Both the position numbers and the translations under genes were made by a program. The notes under the pieces were generated by a model that worked only from the letters and a program-made list of their open reading frames with translations, made no database searches and was not told the origin of the DNA. A DNA stretch of 64,000 bases, from the NCBI GenBank assembly GCA_965218795.1, contig OZ244653.1:96001-160000 (forward strand), given 5' to 3'. The DNA comes from a bacterium. Lineage in GTDB: Bacteria; UBA8248; JACPRG01; G963555815. Below, piece after piece: positions 1-8,440 of the stretch (position 1 is the stretch's first letter; each line of letters opens with the position of its first letter).

Positions 1-951
1 CTCCAGATGGACGACCATGATGTTCTTGCGCTCCATGACGGAGTGTACGAAAGCTTGGAGTAGATTGGGCCGATCGTCCGGCTTCGCCACCAGCCGCACG
101 TTCGGAGGGGAAACGCCCAGGTAGGCCTTTTGGCCCGGAGCGAACCGTGGATCCGGGTCGAGGGGGATCATCCTCTCCGCCATTTCCACTTTCATCTCAC
201 CGTTTTCAGTCCCCAGGACGCGGCAAGGGAACAGGTTGTCGATCCCAAGGCATTGGGCCGTCCGGTAATGGGCCGGCCGCTCCAGGACGGAATCCTTCGT
301 ACCGGTCTCGAGCACCTTCCCCTGATCGATCACCACGACCCGGTCCGCCAGTGAATAAGCCTCCCGGAGATTATGCGTGACGTACAGCATGGGGATGGCG
401 AACCGATCCTTGACGGCGGAGATGTCCCACAGGATACGCTCCCGCGTGGGCTCGTCCAGGGCGGACAGCGGCTCGTCCATCATGACCAGGGAGGGCTCGG
501 CGGCCAACGTCCGGGAAATGGCCACGCGTTGCCGTTGTCCTCCGGAAAGCTGCGGGGGAAATTTCCCTTCCTGCCCCTCCAGGCCGAATTGTGAAATGAT
601 CTCTCGAACGCGGGGTCCTTTGGGCGTCCCGTTGGGGATGCCGTAGGCGATGTTGTCGAAGACGCTCAGATGGGGAAACAGGGCCAGGTCCTGGAAGACG
701 TAACCGAGGTTCCGCTCACGCAGGCGGAGGTCGATTCGCCGGGCGGAGTCGAAGAGGGTTTTTCCGTTCAGCGCGGCATATCCCCGGTCGGCCTTGAGGA
801 TGCCGGCCAGAATGTTGAGCAGCGTGCTTTTTCCCGAGCCTGACGGACCGAACAGGACGGTCAGCTCCTGCCCCATGGAGTCGGTCGCCTGGAGGTGAAA
901 ATCCGGCTTCCCGCGAAAGTGGAAGGTTTTTTCGAGGTCGTATTCCAGCAT
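1..951 (-). CDS. ABC transporter ATP-binding protein, ModC/WtpC (molybdate/tungstate)-like; runs off the window edge
   Basis: Manual translation from ATG at 951: MLEYDLEKTF...LFGPSGSGKST (Walker A)...GYVFQDLALFPHLSVFDNIAYG...LSGGQRQRVAISRTLAAEPSLVMMDEP. The frame stays open to position 1. Confidence 0.85.
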   Translation of the reverse strand, partial: MLEYDLEKTFHFRGKPDFHLQATDSMGQELTVLFGPSGSGKSTLLNILAGILKADRGYAALNGKTLFDSARRIDLRLRERNLGYVFQDLALFPHLSVFDNIAYGIPNGTPKGPRVREIISQFGLEGQEGKFPPQLSGGQRQRVAISRTLAAEPSLVMMDEPLSALDEPTRERILWDISAVKDRFAIPMLYVTHNLREAYSLADRVVVIDQGKVLETGTKDSVLERPAHYRTAQCLGIDNLFPCRVLGTENGEMKVEMAERMIPLDPDPRFAPGQKAYLGVSPPNVRLVAKPDDRPNLLQAFVHSVMERKNIMVVHLE

Positions 952-1184
952 GGGTTCAGAAGCGCTCCTTCACGGAGGATATGATCGTTCCTCCCGGGCT
1001 CCGCCGCATTCAGGGGTGGACACCTTCCATACCTATCTGTGGCAGGAGCCGGAGGCGCGGCAACAGAACCGTTGTACAATCAGGACGGCCGGGCGATGAC
1101 CCCCCCGGCCCGGTTGCTTCGGGTCCATCGGCCCCCCGCCGGGGATCGGCCTTCACATGTGAACGCGACGGTATCGGAGGACGC

Positions 1185-2123
1185 ATGAAGATTATTTTCG
1201 CCCACGCGGGCGCCGGGAACCCGGACGTCAAAAGCCACAATGCCACCATGGTCCGGTCCGTCGAGTCGGGCCTTGCGGCCATGGACCGCGGGATCGAGGA
1301 GGCGGCGATCGCCGCCGTCGAGGTCCTCGAGGACGCCCCGGAGACGAACGCCGGCCTCGGTTCTTCGCTGAACCTGCGCGGCGAGGTCGAAATGGACGCG
1401 GCGATCATGGTGCCCGGCGATTTCGGCGGCGTGGCCGGAGTCCGGGACGTCAAAAGCGCCATCCGCCTGGCTTGGCACGTTCTTCATGATTCCGGTCACA
1501 AGCTCCTCGTGGGCGAAGGGGCGACGGAGTTCGCCCGCGCCATGGACCTGCCGACGCGGGACGGGGGCGAGGTGACGGAGGAGCGGCGCGCCACCTGGCG
1601 CAAGGCGGTCGATTCCCTTCGGGGCGGCCAAGGTCTCGATTGGGAGCACTCCCTGCGCGTCCGGGAGGATCTGATCGAGCGCTACGGCCTCCGGGCGGAT
1701 ACGGTCGGTGCGGTGGCCTTGGACGATAGCGGCGCCCTGGCGGTCGGAAGCTCGACCGGCGGCCTCTTCATGAAGCTGCCGGGCCGCGCGGGCGATACGC
1801 CGCTCCCCGGCGCGGGCCTGTGGTGCACGGAGGAGATCGCCGTCTCGTGCACGGGGTACGGGGAGGCCTTCATCCGCACCCTCGCCGCAAAACGCGTCGA
1901 GGAGTTGTTCCGCGCGGGAAGCGCGCCGGAGGAGGCCGTCGAAACCGCCCTGGAGGAGCTTTGGCGAACGGCGGAAGGTCGGGGCGGAATCCTGGCGCTG
2001 ACGCGCGAAGGCGAGATCGCTTCGGTTTACAACACCAAGACGCTTCCCATCGGCCTGATCCGGGACGGCCGGGTGATGTCCGATTACCTTCCGAAAAAGC
2101 TCAGCCATGAATCACCGCAATGA
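1185..2123 (+). CDS. Isoaspartyl peptidase/L-asparaginase (Ntn-hydrolase)
   Basis: HAGAG, LEDAPETNAGLGS, EMDAAIM, DTVGAVA (nucleophile Thr), STGG, GRAGDTP and TGYGE motifs; GGAGG RBS before ATG 1185. Confidence 0.9.
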   Translation: MKIIFAHAGAGNPDVKSHNATMVRSVESGLAAMDRGIEEAAIAAVEVLEDAPETNAGLGSSLNLRGEVEMDAAIMVPGDFGGVAGVRDVKSAIRLAWHVLHDSGHKLLVGEGATEFARAMDLPTRDGGEVTEERRATWRKAVDSLRGGQGLDWEHSLRVREDLIERYGLRADTVGAVALDDSGALAVGSSTGGLFMKLPGRAGDTPLPGAGLWCTEEIAVSCTGYGEAFIRTLAAKRVEELFRAGSAPEEAVETALEELWRTAEGRGGILALTREGEIASVYNTKTLPIGLIRDGRVMSDYLPKKLSHESPQ

Positions 2124-2141
2124 CCTCAGAGACCGCCCGGC

Positions 2142-3191
2142 CTACCCGCATAAGGCGGGGACGATCTTCCTGCCCATGATTTGGATGGCCCGCTCGCGGT
2201 CCGGTCCCAGCACGTGGAAGGCGACGGGCGCGTCCAGCCCCGCGTCGACGTAGGCCCCAAGCCGGTCGATGCACTCCTCGGCGGTCCCCGAAACCGTCAG
2301 CCGGTCGATCAGTTCGTCCTTCACCAGCCTGGCCGCCGCATCCACGCCCCCCGAATTGAAGGCGTCCACGTAGGCGGCCACTTCCTCCCGGGTCAGGCCG
2401 AGGATCTCGGCGTGGTCGACGCCGACGTGCTCAACGTACGTGGCCAGCATTCCGCGCACGGCGTCGCGCGCGGCTTCCCGGTCGTCGCCCACGGAGAAGG
2501 TTACGAAGGCCGCGGTCGAAAAATCGGACAGGTCCCGCCCCGCCTCCCGCGCTCCTTCCTCGATCACCTTCCGGGCCTCGCGGACGTACTCGGGCGTTGC
2601 CGGGTTTGTCAGCAGGACGCCGTCGGCCATGGCCCCGGCCAGCTTCAGGAGCTTCGGGCCCTTGACGCCGTAGATGATCGGGATCCGGTCGCGCACGGGC
2701 TTGAAGTTCAGCGAGGTTCCGGTCTCGCTGTGGTGGTCCGATTCGAGCATGGTGAAGTATTCGCCCCGGTAGTCGCTGATCTCCCTGCCCGCCAGCCCGC
2801 GGACGATCTCGGTGGTCTCGCGCACGGCCGCCACCGGCCGCTCCCCGCGCTTCAGCGGGCAATCCTCCCCATCGCCCCAGACGGGCGTTGCGCCGATGCC
2901 CAGAAGGAACCGGCCCCCCGAGACTTCGTCGATGGTGGCCGCGTCCATGGCGATGAACGCAGGGTGGCGGGAGAAGACGCTCACGACGCCCGTGCCGAGC
3001 CGGATCCGTTTGGTTACGGCGGCGACGGCCGAAAGGGCGGACAAGGCGGAGCGGTAATAGTGGCTCTCGTTCACCCAGACGGCCCCTATGCCGGTCTCGT
3101 CCGCCAGCATGGAATAACGAATGATGTCCGCGGTCGGAAGCCGGCACGTCAGACAGATGGCAATGTGGTCGAATCCGGAATTGTCGTTCAT
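2142..3191 (-). CDS. LLM-class (F420/flavin-dependent, Mer-like) oxidoreductase
   Basis: VWVNESH, TKRIRLGTGV, RHPA..AMDAATIDEVSGGRFLLGIG, GPKLLKLAGAMADG. Confidence 0.88.
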   Translation of the reverse strand: MNDNSGFDHIAICLTCRLPTADIIRYSMLADETGIGAVWVNESHYYRSALSALSAVAAVTKRIRLGTGVVSVFSRHPAFIAMDAATIDEVSGGRFLLGIGATPVWGDGEDCPLKRGERPVAAVRETTEIVRGLAGREISDYRGEYFTMLESDHHSETGTSLNFKPVRDRIPIIYGVKGPKLLKLAGAMADGVLLTNPATPEYVREARKVIEEGAREAGRDLSDFSTAAFVTFSVGDDREAARDAVRGMLATYVEHVGVDHAEILGLTREEVAAYVDAFNSGGVDAAARLVKDELIDRLTVSGTAEECIDRLGAYVDAGLDAPVAFHVLGPDRERAIQIMGRKIVPALCG

Positions 3192-3273
3192 GGCGCGCTT
3201 TCCCTATTGTCACATCGGGCAGGGCCGGAAGCTCTCGGGGGACATTTTGGCGGCAACGTGCCGCACCGATTTC

Positions 3274-3369
3274 GCGGCGCCCGGAGGCGCCGCAGCCGCG
3301 CTCAATCAGAGCATCGTATATCGATAACCCATGTGCGCGGCGAAACCGGAGCAGGCCGTGCCTGCCCCC
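3274..3369 (-). repeat. Structured dispersed repeat, copy A (also 4651-4747 and 59840-59938)
   Basis: Conserved core GGGGCAGGYAYGGCCTGCTYCGKTTTCGCCGSGC...GCSCGGCTGCG.CGC in three copies. Confidence 0.85.
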
Positions 3370-3412
3370 GCAGCACAATCGAAACGTTTCGTTCTGATGG
3401 AGTTGTGTCGTG

Positions 3413-4567
3413 TCATTCGCCCGTCATTCTTTGAAAGAGCGAAAGGTAGATTTGCGCGCCGTCTTCCAGTTCGTTGATCGATACCATGTCGTGAGGCGAG
3501 TGCGCCAGTTCGGGCGCGCCGGGTCCCAGCGAGATCCCGGCCCGGCCCTCGTGACAGAAATATCCGGCGTCCAGGGAGGCGTGCATATAGAGCGGCTCGG
3601 TGTCGCCCCCGGCTTCCCGCACGGCCTCTTTGGCCGCCTGGGCGAGCGGGGCCTCCGGCTCGACCTTGGCCGGGTAGTGAGACCGGTCGAGGATCACCTC
3701 GGTCCTGAAGCCGCCCGGGATTTGCAGGGCCTCCCGCATGCGGGCGATCAGGTCTTCGGGGTCCTGGCAGGGAAGGAGCCTGCCGGAAAGCTCGATCACG
3801 CATTGGTCGGGAATGATCGGCCCCGGCGGGCGGGAGCGGATCTCGATGGGGACGAGGACGGAATCGCCCAGGTCGGGGTCGTCCACGGGGTTCGCGGCGA
3901 CAAACTCTTTCAAACGCCGAAGCGCTTCCTCGGCCCCGTCGATGGCGTTGAGGGCCTTTTTCGGGTTGCTGGGGTGATGGGATTGACCGTGGATCTCGAT
4001 ATGCGCGTGAAGGCTTCCCTTGTTCCCCAGGCAGACCCGGTTGCCGGTTCCCCGCGCGATCACGCCGTCGCCCATCTTCATTTCTCCGTTCTTCATTGCC
4101 CGGTCGATGACCCGATGGTGGCCGGACTCGCCCGTGGTCAGAACCATGAAGATCAGCGGCCGCTTCAGATTGGACTTTTCGGGTTTCGTCCCGGCCATCC
4201 GGTTCAAGGCGGCCAGGGCCGCGGCCAACGCGCCGCGATGCTCGCAATTCCCGCGCCCCCAGAGGCAGTCGCCGTCTTGACCGTGTTCGGTTCCATCGAC
4301 GATCTTTGATTTGTAAGGGTCTTTCTGATCGCCGGGTCCGAAGTCCTGGGCGTACGTACAGACGTAGAAAGGGCGCACGTTCGGGGAGGGCCCGGGTCCC
4401 AGGCGGACGATGAGGTTGCCGTCCTTGTCCAGTTCGGCGCCGGGCGCGCCCACGAACGGCCGGACGCCTTCTGCGATGAACCGGCGCACATCGTCCGTCT
4501 GTGCGTTGGGGTAGGGGACCAGGTCTTCCAAAATGCTCCGTGCATCCGTCAGTTCGTTTTTCTTCAT
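3413..4567 (-). CDS. M20 family metallo-hydrolase (ArgE/DapE-like)
   Basis: LWGRGNCEHRG, TGESG, GNKG..H..I..HGQSHH.S.P....NAI, SLDAGY, LGPG...AH.P.D motifs; the metal ligands look divergent. Confidence 0.75.
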   Translation of the reverse strand: MKKNELTDARSILEDLVPYPNAQTDDVRRFIAEGVRPFVGAPGAELDKDGNLIVRLGPGPSPNVRPFYVCTYAQDFGPGDQKDPYKSKIVDGTEHGQDGDCLWGRGNCEHRGALAAALAALNRMAGTKPEKSNLKRPLIFMVLTTGESGHHRVIDRAMKNGEMKMGDGVIARGTGNRVCLGNKGSLHAHIEIHGQSHHPSNPKKALNAIDGAEEALRRLKEFVAANPVDDPDLGDSVLVPIEIRSRPPGPIIPDQCVIELSGRLLPCQDPEDLIARMREALQIPGGFRTEVILDRSHYPAKVEPEAPLAQAAKEAVREAGGDTEPLYMHASLDAGYFCHEGRAGISLGPGAPELAHSPHDMVSINELEDGAQIYLSLFQRMTGE

Positions 4568-4650
4568 CTATCCAAACGGAAATCGTCTTGCAAATTGGTC
4601 AAGAGATTATCAGGGGAACATGCTGAAAAGAGCATGCCTCTGCGTTTTCT

Positions 4651-4747
4651 CGGCGCCCGCAAAGCGCCGCAGCCGGGCTGAACGAGAGAACCGGATTTGG
4701 TTCAACCCTGGCGCCCGGCGAAACCGGAGCAGGCCGTGCCTGCCCCC
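4651..4747 (-). repeat. Structured dispersed repeat, copy B
   Basis: Aligns with 3274-3369; CGGCGAAACCGGAGCAGGCCGTGCCTGCCCCC is identical on the + strand. Confidence 0.85.
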
Positions 4748-5447
4748 TGAAACCCCCGGAAAAACTTTCATTCCGCCGGTTGAGCCTCGTCCGTGATCCT
4801 TACCTGATTCGGAACCCACTGACAAGGGACCAGGTCACCGACCTGGACCGCATTCGCGCTGCTCCGCAGCGCATGGAGGGGCGAGGCTTCAGCCTGTGGC
4901 TGCCCGTCCCCGCCCGGATTTTCTCTGCGAACGCTGCATAAGCCATGGATGCCCCCCAAAGCCAAAAGCCAAATAAAAAACCCTTATCCGGCAACGAGAA
5001 TTTGGCTTTGTTTGGTCCTTTTTTAATATTTCGGGCTGACTGGCCCGCGTTTCAGAGCGTTGGATTGGCCCACCGCTTCGCCTTCCTCTATCCGGATTCC
5101 ATGGACTCTTGGCGTTTTCCCGAGTGGCCCCGATCTCCGTCGGTGTCAATTCCAAGTGTACTCCCTCGCACATACTTTCGTATATATTATGTAAATATGG
5201 GAGGCGATTGGCTGGAAGTCAAGGGGTACAGCTTTATCGATTCAAGTCATGGAACCCATATGCCCGATGCGTGGCGTGTGAGATAGCTTCCGCCTTGCGA
5301 CGGTGCTGGTGGCGGTGCGGGTTCACCCGTTACCGCCGTGCGGCAGGAAACGTCAACTGTGGTCACATCGACAACAGTCCGTCAGGTGAATGCCTGCACC
5401 TACAAACCTGGTTGCGGCGCGTGGCGCTATGCGCTACATTCGAGTCC

Positions 5448-5721
5448 ATGAAGATGCAGGCATAAGGGGCTGCGGGCGTTGCACGAGCGGGACAGGGCGT
5501 CGCGTGTGCCTGCCGGCCTTGCGCCACGACTTCGGCGTATCCTGCTGCGGCTGCAAGAGGCGACGCATCCGGGCAGCGCGGAGGCGCCCGGCTTCCGGCT
5601 GCACCCCCTGAAAGGGGACCGGGCGGGCCAGTGGAGCGTGCGTGTCTCCGGCAACTGGCGCGTGGTGTTCCGCTTCGAGGACGGCGAGGCCGTGGCCGTG
5701 GACCTGATCGAGTATCACTGA
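5448..5721 (+). pseudogene. higB: HigB/RelE (plasmid maintenance killer) toxin with a +1 frameshift just after the start
   Basis: ATG AAG AT(G)C AGG CAT AAG: removing one base gives MKIRHKGLRALHERD...PGFRLHPLKGDRAGQWSVRVSGNWRVVFRF...VDLIEYH. Confidence 0.75.
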
Positions 5722-5740
5722 CCGGGAAGGAGCATGAGCG

Positions 5741-6055
5741 ATGAACAACGAGGACGGCGAACGCGTAGGCCCGATGCTGAACCCTCCGCATTTGGGCGAG
5801 TTGATCCGCGAGAGCATGGAAGAAACGGGCTGGAATATCACGGAGACGGCGGCCCGCTTGGGCTGCGAGCGCGGGACGCTGTCGCGCCTGCTGAACGGCA
5901 AGGCGGGTGTGTCCGCGAACATGGCGCTGGCGCTGGAGAGCATCGGCTGGGGCGCCGCCGAACACTGGATGCGCATGCAGGCGAGCTATGAACTGGCACA
6001 GGAGCGCCGGAAGCGTACAGCCGAAGGACAGCCGACAAACGCGGCATTCGGGTGA
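5741..6055 (+). CDS. higA: HigA family antitoxin (XRE HTH)
   Basis: NPPHLGELIRE...TETAARLGCERGTLSRLLNGKAGVSANMALAL...AEHWMRMQASYEL; directly downstream of higB. Confidence 0.92.
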   Translation: MNNEDGERVGPMLNPPHLGELIRESMEETGWNITETAARLGCERGTLSRLLNGKAGVSANMALALESIGWGAAEHWMRMQASYELAQERRKRTAEGQPTNAAFG

Positions 6056-6205
6056 TGGGTCTCCGTTACGGCAACCTCGCGTGGTTTCCGACAAGTGGCA
6101 CAGCGCAGCGGGACCAAGGGCCATGCCGATGCATGCTCCTGATTTCGGCGCGTCAATCCTGTCCACCGGGAATCGCGTACCGCGTACATCGGGCGGCACG
6201 ACCTG

Positions 6206-6292
6206 ACGCGCCTGTCCTGGAACGAGGTTCGCGCCCAGGCGGCCGCCTTCGCCGATGAATGGCGGGACGCTTCTTATGAGAAGGGCGAGGCG
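6206..6292 (+). pseudogene. N-terminal relic of an MmeI-type (type IIL) restriction-modification enzyme
   Basis: ACG (in place of ATG) then RLSWNEVRAQAAAFADEWRDASYEKGEA, the characteristic MmeI-family N-terminus; truncated. Confidence 0.7.
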
Positions 6293-6354
6293 CGCCGGAC
6301 ACTGGGAGCGCCAAATGTTTCCCTCTCCCGTTCGGATCCGTGGCCGGCCCCGAT

Positions 6355-6387
6355 GCCCTCTCCCTACGGGAGAGGGTCGGGTGAGGG
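6355..6387. repeat. REP-like palindrome CCCTCTCCC-n-GGGAGAGGG...GGGTGAGGG
   Basis: Inverted repeat visible in the sequence. Confidence 0.6.
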
Positions 6388-6717
6388 TTCGGCGGTGCTC
6401 GGTCGATCGGATGCAATCATGACATGGGCGTTATGACAGTTGACTTGCACGAACGCTTGCATGTCATGCCGTGCTCGGCGACCACGGGGATGATGACGTG
6501 ACGGGAATGAACACGAAACTGACGCCGGCGCCAGAGGGCGGATTCCCTAGAATCCAGACCCTGAGTCTGCTCCCCGGAGTGGTCTTCAGATGGTCCCAGG
6601 TCTAAACTTGGGGGATGGACTCGTTGGTGGGGGCTGGTCAATCGGCTCCCCGTGCGGTGCCGATTTGCTCAACCAGTGGTTGCAAAAACACCGTCCGTGA
6701 TTTAGGGGAGGAGTAGC

Positions 6718-7371
6718 ATGAAAATCTATAGACAAATGGTGTTTCTGTTTTTGGTGGTGGGGGTAGTCGCTTGCAAGCCTGATAAAGCAGAGATTGAGTT
6801 ATACACCACGGACATTAGAGCTGCGATCGAGGGAAAGGTCATCGAGATACCGACAGCTTTCGAATTTAAGCTATTGGGAGATGATGAAAAAGGAGAGCTT
6901 GGAAAAGCCCGTGTCGCTGCGATGAAATATCTCTCCGAAGAATCAACTATTGAAATAACAGATGGAGATTTCGGAAAAGTGATGTCTCTAAAAACCACTA
7001 TGCCCTTGGGCATCCGGGAGAATCTGGACCGCTACCTACAGACGAATGCTCGATTGGTCGCGGTTATGATAACCAACAATAAGATAGAATTACATCCTAC
7101 ACGCTACCTGAAAAAACTCAACGATGATTTGAAAGGTATCAACTTCATGCTAAGTGCGGAACTCCCAGCATCCACTACCAATATACGCATTATAGGGGAT
7201 GACCGAAAGCCGTTAATAATTTTAGCGGGGGCTGTCTTCGTCAACCGCGTGGCTCATCTTGCCTTTAATACGAACGTAAAGAGGAGAACGACAGTGATCC
7301 TAGAATTCAAAGGCGGGAAAGGTAGTATCTACTCCCAACTTCCAATTCAAATCGATATTCTTAATCCGTAA
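6718..7371 (+). CDS. Hypothetical lipoprotein; AT-richer than its flanks
   Basis: GGAG RBS, hydrophobic leader ending VVAC (lipobox-like), 217 aa ORF. Confidence 0.7.
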   Translation: MKIYRQMVFLFLVVGVVACKPDKAEIELYTTDIRAAIEGKVIEIPTAFEFKLLGDDEKGELGKARVAAMKYLSEESTIEITDGDFGKVMSLKTTMPLGIRENLDRYLQTNARLVAVMITNNKIELHPTRYLKKLNDDLKGINFMLSAELPASTTNIRIIGDDRKPLIILAGAVFVNRVAHLAFNTNVKRRTTVILEFKGGKGSIYSQLPIQIDILNP

Positions 7372-7391
7372 GAACGGATTCTACTCTTGCT

Positions 7392-7429
7392 GGATTCTCG
7401 GGGATTCTCGGGGATTCTGGGGACACCAT
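7392..7429 (+). repeat. Three 10-bp GGATTCTCGG-type units leading into GGGGACACCAT (RAYT-type left end)
   Basis: ggattctcgg ggattctcgg ggattctggg gacaccat. Confidence 0.7.
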
Positions 7430-7473
7430 CCTTAATGAATGACTGTGGGATTGGGGTGCCGTAGCGTCCGGGC

Positions 7474-7647
7474 ATGGCAAGGACCGCACGGGTCCTTGCG
7501 CCAGGGTTCCCCCATCATGTGAGTCAACGGCGCATCTCTCAGGCAGGGGCAACGCTCGGGTGAGGGTCCAGCCCCTGCTGGCAAGGGTCGAGCCCTGGAG
7601 GGACTTTCTTCCGGGTGAGGTGTCCGAGGAAGAAAGCATAAGCATAT
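7474..7647 (+). pseudogene. Internally deleted REP-associated tyrosine (Y1, IS200-like) transposase
   Basis: MARTARVLAPGFPHHVSQR (RAYT N-terminus) joined out of frame to AHLSGRGNARVRVQPLLARVEPWRDFL (RAYT C-terminal region); the catalytic middle is missing. Confidence 0.7.
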
Positions 7648-7655
7648 ATAATTTA

Positions 7656-8390
7656 TGGGTCATGCCTAGCTGATGTGATTTTCTCGCAGGTAGGTTAACA
7701 GGGTTTTGTATTTGTTGGAATGGCGATAATTGTAGCGCCACTCGGTTTCTTTGAGATGGAGGTGGAAGGTGTGTTTGGGCAGGCCCTTGAATTTTGCCAG
7801 CCGAACCTTGGCCAGTCCCCAGAAGCCTTCGATGCCGTTGATGTGGACGGCACCGCAAGTGAACTCATCAAAGCAATGGTCGACCCGGAAGTGGCCGTAT
7901 CCGAGCTCGACCAAGCCGTTGTAGCCACGCCAGTTGTCCGTGTTGACGACGGTGTTCAGGTCCACCTTGCCGCGGATGATCCCTTGCAGTGTGGGCTTTG
8001 AGCAATCCGAGACGATCTCCGTATAGACCTGTCCCTCACGTTCGAAGATACCAAAGACGGTCGTTTTGCCATAGGCTCCACGCCCGCGCCTGCCCTTCAC
8101 GCGGCGAGTGCCGAAGAGACTTTCGTCTACCTCGACCACACCGAACACAGGGCGTTGCGCCTCACAAGCTAGCAGGATGCGTTCCCGCAGAGCGCGGTAT
8201 AGACGGTTCACCGTGTTCCGGTTCAATCCGCTCAACTCGGCCGCCTGGACAGCGGTGAGAGCTGCGGCGAAATACCGAACGGCTTCACGGACTTTGGCCT
8301 CGGAAATCCTTGAACGCCTCGCATACTTGTTTTTCATTGTCATACATAGCATTCTGGAGTAAAGCTCGACTCTCAGCTAGGCATGACCCA
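7656..8390 (-). mobile_element. IS1595 family element, IS1016-like (~735 bp)
   Basis: Perfect 18-bp TIR TGGGTCATGCCTAGCTGA (7656-7673 and 8373-8390); direct repeat ATAATTTA at 7648-7655 and 8390-8397, so the exact boundary is uncertain by 1 bp. Confidence 0.92.
7666..8343 (-). CDS. IS1595 family transposase
   Basis: VEVDESLFG, RGRGAYGK, VNTDNWRGY, HINGIEGFW, LHLKETEWRYN. Confidence 0.93.
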   Translation of the reverse strand: MTMKNKYARRSRISEAKVREAVRYFAAALTAVQAAELSGLNRNTVNRLYRALRERILLACEAQRPVFGVVEVDESLFGTRRVKGRRGRGAYGKTTVFGIFEREGQVYTEIVSDCSKPTLQGIIRGKVDLNTVVNTDNWRGYNGLVELGYGHFRVDHCFDEFTCGAVHINGIEGFWGLAKVRLAKFKGLPKHTFHLHLKETEWRYNYRHSNKYKTLLTYLRENHIS

Positions 8391-8440
8391 TAATTTAAAT
8401 TTAAGTATGGTGCCACCTAGATATCGGAGGCCCGACGCTC

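Noticed and set aside
4990-5230. Possible C-terminal relic of a Y1 transposase (LELTPTEIG) on the - strand
   Set aside because: The similarity is too short to support without a search.
6560-6640. Possible IS3-family right end (...GTGGGGGCTGGTCA)
   Set aside because: No matching left end or transposase sequence is recognisable.
6640-7430. Integron cassette around the AT-rich lipoprotein gene
   Set aside because: No attC-like RYYYAAC...GTTRRRY palindrome and no integron integrase were found.
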